The notes below the pieces were generated by a model, which saw only the letters and a program-made list of their open reading frames with translations, ran no database searches and had not been told where the DNA came from. From Eledone cirrhosa (taxonomy: Eukaryota), in contig OZ024742.1 of assembly GCA_964016885.1 (NCBI GenBank), positions 9,920,001 to 9,984,000 of the forward strand: a DNA stretch of 64,000 nucleotides. The letters run 5' to 3'. Positions 52,498-64,000 of this stretch are shown here, piece after piece (position 1 is the first letter of the stretch; each line of letters starts with the position of its first letter). The translations under genes and the position numbers were made by a program.

Positions 52498-53185
52498 TAA
52501 AATAACAGATTAAAGTTTAAGGAAAGAATCGCTGCTTTCACCCTTAACGGGATCTTCTGAAACTAACAAAGTCAATCTGTAAACGCAGAACTGGATATTT
52601 CAAAAAACGTTGCAACCGGAGGAAGACAGGAAGACGATACTTTGGTTCGTGGAAACGTTCGCCTGTTTTCTGTATCAGGAGTTTTAGGTATGTTTTCCTG
52701 CTTGGTACGGGTATGTTCTTTGTAGAAATATTCAGATGTTGTTTCTGCATGATCAATATAAGTCAGTAGAGTGCTCAACCGAGGGAGCCAAATAGTAATA
52801 ATAATAAATTTGAAGACTAAAATCCAAAGAGGGCTCGATAAGGATAAATATATATCAAATATATAAGAACCGTAGAGCAAATATTTATTAAAATAACAGA
52901 TTAAAGTTTAAGCAAAGAATCGCTGCTTTCACCCTTAACGGGATTTTCTGAAACTAACAAAGTCAATCTGTAAACGCAGAACTGGATATTTCAAAAAACG
53001 TTGCAACCGGAGGAAGACAGGAAGACGAGAAGATCCCGTTAAGGGTGAAAGCAGCGATTCTTTGCTTAAACTTTAATCTGTTATTTTAATAAATATTTGC
53101 TCTACGGTTCTTATATATTTGATATATATTTATCCTTATCGAGCCCTCTTTGGATTTTAGTCTTCAAATTTATTATTATTACTAT
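52493..53185 (-). mobile_element. Internally deleted mini-PLE (391-bp period) with tandem and inverted pLTRs, in (TA)n
   Basis: 52493-52637 repeats at +391. 52750-52658 encodes MQKQHLNISTKNIPVPSRKTYLKLLIQKTGE, homologous to the PLE N-terminus MEKHYLDMSLKNIPTQGRKEYLLSMIQKTNE. 53028-53185 is an inverted pLTR. Confidence 0.85.
52514..52564 (-). ncRNA. Variant hammerhead-like motif (CAGAAGA core, CUU site); copies at 52905-52955(-), 51986-52036(-) and 53028-53072(+, partial)
   Basis: Family consensus agttt-CAGAAGA-tccc-gttaa-gggt-GAA-agca-gcgattctt-tgct-T-aaact. Three stems in hammerhead topology with a non-canonical core. Confidence 0.55.
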
Positions 53186-53187
53186 TA

Positions 53188-53260
<73 letters not shown>

Positions 53261-53513
53261 CGTGTGTGCGTGCGTGTGTATGTGTGTGCGTGTGCGTGTG
53301 AGTGTGTGTGTGTGCGCGCGTGCGTATGTGTGTGTGTTAGGTAATTCCGAAGTAAAAGCAAAGGAAAAAGTGTGCTCTATGTATAGAACAGAGCTATTTC
53401 ATTAGAAAGTGAACAACACAAAACATGACTACTCCATTACCAAAGGTTTTTGGATACCAGACAATATTAATATACGTCTGGATCCATATATATATATACA
53501 TATATATACATAT

Positions 53514-53584
<71 letters not shown>

Positions 53585-53629
53585 TCGAGCCCTCTTTGGA
53601 TTTTAGTCTTCAAATTTATTATTATTACT

Positions 53630-53757
<128 letters not shown>

Positions 53758-54064
53758 TTTATTATCATTAATATAAAAATGAATAATTATATTTTTGTAG
53801 AGAAGGGCATGAAATGTTATATAGCTTAGGGCTTCAGCCTGTGATAGTCCGACCCTGTATCAGACCATAACTTCCGATTGAACCGTAATTGCAAGTCACG
53901 TGTCTTGGGCATGTTAAACCTGTTAGGACACATTTCGTCTCCAGATCTGGACATGACAGCTTTCAACCCTAGAAGGAGAGAAATTGAGTGACAGAGAGGA
54001 GGAAGTGAGAAAGAGATCAGTTAAGGGGGTGGGGTACTACATGTAATGTCCTTTAGTGTCTTTC

Positions 54065-57000
54065 TTGTCACAAATGTCACCATAGCCGCCATAGGGTGAA
54101 CAACCTTGTCACAAATGTCACCATAGCCGCCATAGGGTGAACAACCTTGTCACAAATCCCACCATAGCCACCATAGGGTGAACAACCTTGTCACAAATGT
54201 CACCATAGCCGCCATAGGGTGAACAACCTTGTCACAAATCCCACCATAGCCGCCATAGGGTGAACAACCTTGTCACAAATGCCACCATAGCCACCATAAG
54301 GTGAACAACCTTGTCACAAATGTCACCATAGCCGCCATAAGGTGAACAACCTTGTCACAAATGTCACCATAGCCGCCATAAGGTGAACAACCTTGTCACA
54401 AATCCCACCATAGCCGCCATAGGGTGAACAACCTTGTCACAAATCCCACCATAGCCACCATAGGGTGAACAACCTTGTCACAAATGTCACCATAGCCGCC
54501 ATAGGGTGAACAACCTTGTCACAAATCCCACCATAGCCGCCATAGGGTGAACAACCTTGTCACAAATGTCACCATAGCCGCCATAAGGTGAACAACCTTG
54601 TCACAAATGTCACCATAGCCGCCATAAGGTGAACAACCTTGTCACAAATGTCACCATAGCCGCCATAAGGTGAACAACCTTGTCACAAATGTCACAATAG
54701 CCACCATAAGGTGAACAACCTTGTCACAAATGTCACCATAGCCGCCATAAGGTGAACAACCTTGTCACAAATCCCACCATAGCCGCCATAAGGTGAACAA
54801 CCTTGTCACAAATGTCACCATAGCCGCCATAAGGTGAACAACCTTGTCACAAATCCCACCATAGCCGCCATAAGGTGAACAACCTTGTCACAAATGTCAC
54901 CATAGCCGCCATAAGGTGAACAACCTTGTCACAAATGTCACCATAGCCACCATAAGGTGAACAACCTTGTCACAAATGTCACCATAGCCACCATAAGGTG
55001 AACAACCTTGTCACAAATGCCACCATAGCCGCCATAAGGTGAACAACCTTGTCACAAATGCCACCATAGCCGCCATAAGGTGAACAACCTTGTCACAAAT
55101 GTCACCATAGCCGCCATAAGGTGAACAACCTTGTCACAAATGTCACCATAGCCACCATAAGGTGAACAACCTTGTCACAAATGTCACCATAGCCACCATA
55201 AGGTGAACAACCTTGTCACAAATGTCACCATAGCCGCCATAGGGTGAACAGCCTTGTCACAAATCCCACCATAGCCACCATAGGGTGAACAACCTTGTCA
55301 CAAATGCCACCATAGCCGCCATAGGGTGAACAGCCTTGTCACAAATGTCACCATAGCCGCCATAGGGTGAACAACCTTGTCACAAATGCCACCATAGCCA
55401 CCATAAGGTGAACAACCTTGTCACAAATGTCACCATAGCCACCATAAGGTGAACAACCTTGTCACAAATCCCACCATAGCCGCCATAAGGTGAACAACCT
55501 TGTCACAAATCCCACCATAGCCGCCATAGGGTGAACAGCCTTGTCACAAATCCCACCATAGCCGCCATAAGGTGAACAACCTTGTCACAAATCCCACCAT
55601 AGCCGCCATAGGGTGAACAACCTTGTCACAAATGTCACCATAGCCACCATAAGGTGAACAACCTTGTCACAAATGTCACCATAGCCGCCATAGGGTGAAC
55701 AACCTTGTCACAAATCCCACCATAGCCGCCATAAGGTGAACAACCTTGTCACAAATCCCACCATAGCCGCCATAAGGTGAACAACCTTGTCACAAATCCC
55801 ACCATAGCCGCCATAAGGTGAACAACCTTGTCACAAATGTCACCATAGCCACCATAAGGTGAACAACCTTGTCACAAATCCCACCATAGCCGCCATAAGG
55901 TGAACAACCTTGTCACAAATGTCACCATAGCCACCATAAGGTGAACAACCTTGTCACAAATCCCACCATAGCCGCCATAAGGTGAACAACCTTGTCACAA
56001 ATCCCACCATAGCCGCCATAAGGTGAACAACCTTGTCACAAATGTCACCATAGCCACCATAAGGTGAACAACCTTGTCACAAATCCCACCATAGCCGCCA
56101 TAAGGTGAACAACCTTGTCACAAATGTCACCATAGCCACCATAAGGTGAACAACCTTGTCACAAATCCCACCATAGCCGCCATAAGGTGAACAACCTTGT
56201 CACAAATCCCACCATAGCCGCCATAAGGTGAACAACCTTGTCACAAATGTCACCATAGCCACCATAAGGTGAACAACCTTGTCACAAATCCCACCATAGC
56301 GGCCATAAGGTGAACAACCTTGTCACAAATCCCACCATAGCCGCCATAGGGTGAACAACCTTGTCACAAATCCCACCATAGCCGCCATTGGGTGAACAAC
56401 CTTGTCACAAATGTCACCATAGCCGCCATAGGGTGAACAACCTTGTCACAAATCCCACCATAGCCGCCATAGGGTGAACAGCCTTGTCACAAATCCCACC
56501 ATAGCCGCCATAGGGTGAACAACCTTGTCACAAATCCCACCATAGCCGCCATAGGGTGAACAACCTTGTCACAAATGTCACCATAGCCGCCATAGGGTGA
56601 ACAACCTTGTCACAAATCCCACCATAGCCGCCATAGGGTGAACAGCCTTGTCACAAATCCCACCATAGCCGCCATAAGGTGAACAGCCTTGTCACAAATG
56701 TCACAATAGCCGCCATAAGGTGAACAACCTTGTCACAAATGTCACCATAGCCGCCATAGGGTGAACAGCCTTGTCACAAATGTCACCATAGCCGCCATAA
56801 GGTGAACAACCTTGTCACAAATCCCACCATAGCCACCATAGGGTGAACAACCTTGTCACAAATGTCACCATAGCCGCCATAAGGTGAACAACCTTGTCAC
56901 AAATCCCACCATAGCCACCATAGGGTGAACAACCTTGTCACAAATGTCACCATAGCCACCATAAGGTGAACAACCTTGTCACAAATCCCACCATAGCCAC

Positions 57001-60000
57001 CATAGGGTGAACAACCTTGTCACAAATGTCACAATAGCCGCCATAGGGTGAACAGCCTTGTCACAAATGTCACCATAGCCGCCATAGGGTGAACAACCTT
57101 GTCACAAATGTCACCATAGCCGCCATAAGGTGAACAACCTTGTCACAAATGTCACCATAGCCGCCATAAGGTGAACAACCTTGTCACAAATCCCACCATA
57201 GCCACCATAGGGTGAACAACCTTGTCACAAATGTCACCATAGCCGCCATAGGGTGAACAACCTTGTCACAAATGTCACCATAGCCGCCATAAGGTGAACA
57301 ACCTTGTCACAAATCCCACCATAGCCGCCATAGGGTGAACAACCTTGTCACAAATGTCACCATAGCCGCCATAGGGTGAACAACCTTGTCACAAATCCCA
57401 CCATAGCCACCATAGGGTGAACAACCTTGTCACAAATGTCACCATAGCCGCCATAGGGTGAACAACCTTGTCACAAATCCCACCATAGCCACCATAGGGT
57501 GAACAACCTTGTCACAAATGTCACAATAGCCGCCATAGGGTGAACAACCTTGTCACAAATCCCACCATAGCCGCCATAAGGTGAACAACCTTGTCACAAA
57601 TGTCACAATAGCCACCATAGGGTGAACAACCTTGTCACAAATGTCACAATAGCCGCCATAGGGTGAACAACCTTGTCACAAATCCCACCATAGCCACCAT
57701 AGGGTGAACAACCTTGTCACAAATCCCACCATAGCCGCCATAGGGTGAACAACCTTGTCACAAATCCCACCATAGCCACCATAGGGTGAACAACCTTGTC
57801 ACAAATCCCACCATAGCCACCATAAGGTGAACAACCTTGTCACAAATGACACCATAGCCGCCATAGGGTGAACAGCCTTGTCACAAATCCCACCATAGCC
57901 ACCATAAGGTGAACAACCTTGTCACAAATGTCACCATAGCCGCCATAGGGTGAACAGCCTTGTCACAAATCCCACCATAGCCACCATAAGGTGAACAACC
58001 TTGTCACAAATGTCACCATAGCCGCCATAGGGTGAACAACCTTGTCACAAATCCCACCATAGCCGTCATAAGGTGAACAACCTTGTCACAAATCCCACCA
58101 TAGCCGCCATAAGGTGAACAACCTTGTCACAAATCCCACCATAGCCACCATAGGGTGAACAACCTTGTCACAAATGTCACCATAGCCACCATAGGGTGAA
58201 CAACCTTGTCACAAATCCCACCATAGCCACCATAGGGTGAACAACCTTGTCACAAATGTCACCATAGCCGCCATAGGGTGAACAGCCTTGTCACAAATGT
58301 CACAATAGCCGCCATAAGGTGAACAACCTTGTCACAAATGTCACCATAGCCGCCATAGGGTGAACAGCCTTGTCACAAATCCCACCATAGCCACCATAAG
58401 GTGAACAACCTTGTCACAAATGTCACCATAGCCGCCATAGGGTGAACAGCCTTGTCACAAATCCCACCATAGCCACCATAAGGTGAACAACCTTGTCACA
58501 AATGTCACCATAGCCGCCATAGGGTGAACAACCTTGTCACAAATCCCACCATAGCCACCATAGGGTGAACAACCTTGTCACAAATGTCACCATAGCCGCC
58601 ATAGGGTGAACAGCCTTGTCACAAATGTCACAATAGCCGCCATAGGGTGAACAACCTTGTCACAAATGTCACAATAGCCGCCATAGGGTGAACAGCCTTG
58701 TCACAAATGTCACAATAGCCGCCATAGGGTGAACAGCCTTGTCACAAATCCCACCATAGCCGCCACATGGGGAACAGCCTTGTCACAAATCCCACCATAG
58801 CCGCCATAAGGTGAACAACCTTGTCACAAATGTCACCATAGCCGCCATAAGGTGAACAACCTTGTCACAAATGTCACAATAGCCGCCATAGGGTGAACAG
58901 CCTTGTCACAAATGTCACCATAGCCGCCATAGGGTGAACAGCCTTGTCACAAATCCCACCATAGCCACCATAAGGTGAACAACCTTGTCACAAATCCCAC
59001 CATAGCCGCCATAAGGTGAACAACCTTGTCACAAATGTCACCATAGCCGCCATAGGGTGAACAGCCTTGTCACAAATGTCACCATAGCCGCCATAGGGTG
59101 AACAGCCTTGTCACAAATCCCACCATAGCCGCCATAAGGTGAACAACCTTGTCACAAATCCCACCATAGCCGCCATAGGGTGAACAACCTTGTCACAAAT
59201 CCCACCATAGCCGCCATAGGGTGAACAGCCTTGTCACAAATCCCACCATAGCCGCCATAGGGTGAACAACCTTGTCACAAATCCCACCATAGCCGCCATA
59301 AGGTGAACAACCTTGTCACAAATCCCACCATAGCCGCCATAGGGTGAACAGCCTTGTCACAAATCCCACCATAGCCGCCATAGGGTGAACAACCTTGTCA
59401 CAAATCCCACCATAGCCGCCATAGGGTGAACAGCCTTGTCACAAATGCCACCATAGCCGCCATAAGGTGAACAACCTTGTCACAAATCCCACCATAGCCG
59501 CCATAAGGTGAACAACCTTGTCACAAATCCCACCATAGCCGCCATAGGGTGAACAGCCTTGTCACAAATCCCACCATAGCCGCCATAGGGTGAACAACCT
59601 TGTCACAAATCCCACCATAGCCGCCATAAGGTGAACAACCTTGTCACAAATCCCACCATAGCCGCCATAGGGTGAACAGCCTTGTCACAAATCCCACCAT
59701 AGCCGCCATAGGGTGAACAACCTTGTCACAAATCCCACCATAGCCGCCATAGGGTGAACAGCCTTGTCACAAATCCCACCATAGCCGCCATAGGGTGAAC
59801 AACCTTGTCACAAATCCCACCATAGCCGCCATAAGGTGAACAACCTTGTCACAAATCCCACCATAGCCGCCATAGGGTGAACAACCTTGTCACAAATCCC
59901 ACCATAGCCGCCATAGGGTGAACAACCTTGTCACAAATCCCACCATAGCCGCCATAAGGTGAACAACCTTGTCACAAATGTCACAATAGCCGCCATAGGG

Positions 60001-60233
60001 TGAACAGCCTTGTCACAAATCCCACCATAGCCGCCATAGGGTGAACAGCCTTGTCACAAATCTCACCATAGCCGCCATAGGGTGAACAACCTTGTCACAA
60101 ATCCCACCATAGCCACCATAGGGTGAACAACCTTGTCACAAATGTCACAATAGCCGCCATAGGGTGAACAGCCTTGTCACAAATCCCACCATAGCCGCCA
60201 TAGGGTGAACAGCCTTGTCACAAATCTCACCAT
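54065..60233. repeat. Minisatellite array, 41-bp unit (CCTTGTCACAAAT[GT/CC]CACCATAGCC[G/A]CCATA[G/A]GGTGAACA[A/G]), about 150 copies
   Basis: Strict 41-bp periodicity (TTGTCAC at 54065, 54106, ...), with variation confined to a few dimorphic sites. Confidence 0.98.
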
Positions 60234-61154
60234 AACGTCCTAATAATGTACTTTCTTTTTTCAAATATCGCTATAGACTCTTTACGGGGAACACCCTTAT
60301 CACAAATGTCACCATAGCCCACTTAAGCGATAGAACTGAGCAATTACTCGGCTTAACATCAACAGCTGAGGTCACTCCGTTGAAAACATTCGGTTCCGTT
60401 CTCTTCCATATTTAAAATACTTTCCTAAAAATGGAGACCCAGCAGAGATATGGGAGCTGTCCGTCTTTCCTGACTACACCATAAATAAAACATAGTTGAG
60501 GTAAACGCGGTAATTATTTGATTTTATTTCAGTTGTGCACATTTCCGGAGTAGATTATCAACAGAACTAGATGTAATTAAACTACTTCAACTATGTTACG
60601 AGAAAACATTCTCGAATGGCGTTACGTACAATTGAAAAAGATACTCTCTTAAAAAGTCTATTCAAAAGTTTCACTTTAAATATTATTAAAAATTATTATT
60701 TATGGCAGCGGATTATGAAATTGTGAAATTGTGCCTTACATATTATTCCTAATTTTAATTGAAAGGAGATGTGCTTCAATGGAAAACAAACCTGGCTTGC
60801 TGATTTAACTCCATAGTTTAGTGTTGGTTAATTAAATGTAAAAACCTGCATAATACTGGTAATTACTTCATTAAAGAACATGTTCAACTGAAGCAGAAGG
60901 TGTAAGATAAGGACGGAAGTTTCTTTGTCGAAATTTGGTAAAAGGCAAAAAAAAAAAAAAAAAAAAATTGAGAAAAAGAAGAATTAAACATAATACAATG
61001 TAACCCAATGGAAAATGTAAGAAAAAACACGATCGTTGTATTAATTTTTATAGAATTAGTTTATTAAATCAACCCACGTACAAGACTGGTACTTATTTTA
61101 TCGAACTGGTACTTATTTTATCTCCAAATGGACAGTTGCAATACCAGAAGGTCT

Positions 61155-61275
61155 TTTGGCTGAGTTTAAATCCCGCCGAGGTTTATTTTACCTTTCATTT
61201 TTACAGGGCCCATAATATTAAGTACCAATAATGCACCGGGCTCGATATAACCGACTTTACCCCTTCGCTTAAAAT
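61155..61275 (+). mobile_element. SINE family 1 fragment
   Basis: CTGAGTTTAAATCCCGCCGAGG..CCTTTCAT..AAGTACCAATAATGCACCGGG. Confidence 0.65.
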
Positions 61276-61344
61276 TGCGCATTAATTCACACACAAATAT
61301 CAAGCAAGCCAATGATGGTCCGTCATAAGCAGTCACGAGCCCAG

Positions 61345-61510
61345 AGTTTCATCAAGGTTTCCCTGGCGTGAAGCAACTGAACCTACTAGACTTCCTCTTA
61401 GACAGGAAGTTAGTCCATGGCAGTGTTAATTCCCAAACTAATGCTGGTACACATTTTCAGCTGAGTATACTGGAGAAGTAGAAATGAATATTTTGCTCAA
61501 GAACTCAACA
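61345..61510 (-). mobile_element. CORE-like SINE fragment
   Basis: GTGAAGCAACTG..CAGCTGAGTATACTGGAG..TTTGCTCAAG, homologous to 40560-40700. Confidence 0.65.
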
Positions 61511-61959
61511 ATAGTCGATCCACATGCTAGAAATCCCAACCAAAACATCCTAAAAAACCCACACATTTACGTCTTTGACACAGTATGAGGCATTACATAA
61601 TATAGTCCAGCGCACAATAAAGAGAAAATATTAAATAATTGTGATAGAAAGGCCGTTGAAAATAGTTCTTCTATGGCTTAACTGAAGCTAAACAATAACT
61701 ACTACTACTACTACTACTACTACAAAACAACTGCAGTAACTACAACCACAATTACAAAATGTATTCCGATTCATGTAATTTTCTAACATATTGTTTGCGA
61801 TAATATTTGATGAATTCAAACCACTAGAACACAAAAGAAATTCACCTAAGGCGGTTCCAATAACAAGACAACACAATTTCTCAGTTAATAGTATCACACA
61901 CTCATTCATAAGCTTCCTCTTATATATACACATACGTGTATACACACAAATATACACCT

Positions 61960-62385
61960 GCTCTCACACAAGACGATTATATATATGTACATATATACAT
62001 AATTATGTGCATGTATATATGTACATATATATATATATAGAGAGAGAGAGAAATATATACATATATTATTTATATCGTATGTATTGGCACATATATACTT
62101 ATATATATATGCACATATATACTTATCTATATCTATCTATATTTATATATATATATATATATATATACTTATATATATGAATATACATATACTTATATAT
62201 ATATACAGACATACGTGTGTGTGTGTGTATGTGTGTGTATGTGTGTGTGTGTGCGCGCGCGCGCGCGTGTGTGTGTGCGTGCGCGTGTGTGTGTGTGTGT
62301 GTTTCGGTGTGTGTGTGTGTGTTTCTGTGTGTGTTTCTGTGTGTTTTTGTATGCCTGTGTGTGTATGTCTGTGTTTGTTTTCATG
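61960..62385. repeat. (TA)n/(TG)n/(CG)n compound microsatellite
   Basis: Directly visible. Confidence 0.9.
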
Positions 62386-64000
62386 TACATATAATTCAGT
62401 CAGTTTTGCATTCGCGAAGATTTGCTGCTGTGAAATATTTTATGGAGCATTATTATATTATTTTATGTCTGACAATGGCGAACATATAATGTTTAGCTGA
62501 GTATTATATACTTCGCTAGACATACACTGTATCAATCATTGCACATTCCTCTTCCTCTTTCAGTTTATCATTTTACTGTCCAATGTAATTTTATTATTTA
62601 TGACACGTTTTTCCTGGAAGCGCTCTGCTCTCCGTCCCAAAGCAGAACATACATAATTCTATTCCGTTCAAAGTTTCGCGACTGATTATAAAATTATTAT
62701 TCATAACATGATATTAATAGTAATTATTGTTTTAAATTCGTGGCTAAGAACCACATAAGCTATTGAAGAATGTATTTTTAACAAGCTATTAGATTTATAC
62801 CTTATTGGAATAACTGAACATTTTAGCTAATTCTACGTAATCAACAACGAAATTTTAAAGTTAAGATATAAAAGTTACGAAAGAAAATGAATAAAAAATA
62901 AATACATATAAATATAAATTCTAAAACATATTGGTTCCATTCTTTGTGAGAAGCGTCAATAATTTGCACGAGAATATAGTTATAGACAATTGACTCTGTT
63001 AACCTAACTATATATCTGATTCCTATATAATTATATAATTATACTGTTATTGAGATCCTCTTTGCAATCGTTCAAGCAAATACATACGTGTATATTAGCG
63101 TAGCTTTCAAAATCTATCAATGATATTATGCTATTATCTAAGTGGAATCTGCAGAGCGTGTTGCTGTAATAGTTTTCTGGTGTAGGGAATCGAATCGTTT
63201 GGACTTCACGTTCGTAAACATACAAGCGTCCAAGTGAGTCTAACAAACATTTAACGGTAAATGATAATAAGTTTATATTAGCTGAGAGTGGGAACAGCCG
63301 ACTGAGAGACATTGTAGGTAGTTCAGACTGGTGTGTTGGACTTTGTGTTTCGTTCCTATAACATATATGTAATAAGTAAAATAATTAAATCTAAGTAATT
63401 AGTAAAAGGTCAACATTTATGACCTTTATATAGAGAAACGAATCGTGGCTGGGAGACTCATCAGGTATCTACAGACCAGATCCACTATCTGACTCACAAG
63501 TGAGAAATAGTGGTGATAAACTGGACAATAATTACACCAATTCACCATTGTATAATTACACTGCTTTATCATTTGCCTATGTTTTACTTATCTTTTAGGA
63601 TGTTTGTTCACCCCAAAACATATATAGCCCATATTTGTCGTTTTGCCATTTTCCCTATGAAAGTTTCTATTGTCTCGAGTATAAGAAAAAACATGTCCAA
63701 TGAGTCTCACCGTAGAATTGAAAACAGAACCACATGATTGGTAAATAAACGTCATAACCACTTCACTATGTCTACACCTAGGTATATACGGAACGGGGTG
63801 ATTTACGTCTTTCTATATTTCTGTTACTATTAGACACTATTTTGACTTTCAGAACAGAGGAATATTAACAGTAACCAACTAACCTCTCGGATAAATTATG
63901 TTGTATGGACCTGTAACTCCTTATACAGGTGTAGGGGCACCATCATCTACGGGAGTCTATTTTTCCCCACGTTTGAACACAGTAGATCTCTTCAAGAGAA

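Noticed and set aside
54065-60233. CRISPR-like array
   Set aside because: Units are contiguous 41-mers with no unique spacers and no cas genes, in a eukaryotic context.
63031-63312. 93-aa non-repetitive ORF as a host exon
   Set aside because: No recognisable domain or supporting exon structure; cannot be excluded without RNA-seq or BLAST.

Overview
AT-rich, microsatellite-saturated animal DNA. The SINE and retroelement content suggests a cephalopod such as Octopus, which is an inference from recalled repeat families. No host protein-coding gene can be supported. The window runs from a 13.5-kb array of a 27-bp satellite (1-13478), through about 40 kb of interspersed repeats, to a 6.2-kb array of a 41-bp minisatellite (54065-60233). 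The only long real ORF (41549-43870, 773 aa) belongs to an apparently intact Penelope-like retroelement (PLE): RT with YRDD, a CxCx5C linker and a C-terminal GIY-YIG endonuclease, resembling the Hydra clade. It is flanked by two near-identical 542-bp pseudo-LTRs, each holding a type I hammerhead ribozyme with a very long branched stem II. The main hidden signal is that many (TA)n tracts contain short inserts carrying canonical or variant hammerhead motifs from several sequence-distinct families. Many of these inserts are fold-back palindromes, and several have breakpoints inside the ribozyme. One is a 391-bp tandem mini-PLE that keeps only about 31 codons of the PLE ORF between two variant hammerheads, which looks retrozyme-like. 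Also present: a roughly 600-bp RTE-derived non-autonomous element with an HDV-like ribozyme remnant, two tRNA-derived SINE families, and a 200-N gap. All RNA folds were made by eye and none is shown to be active.
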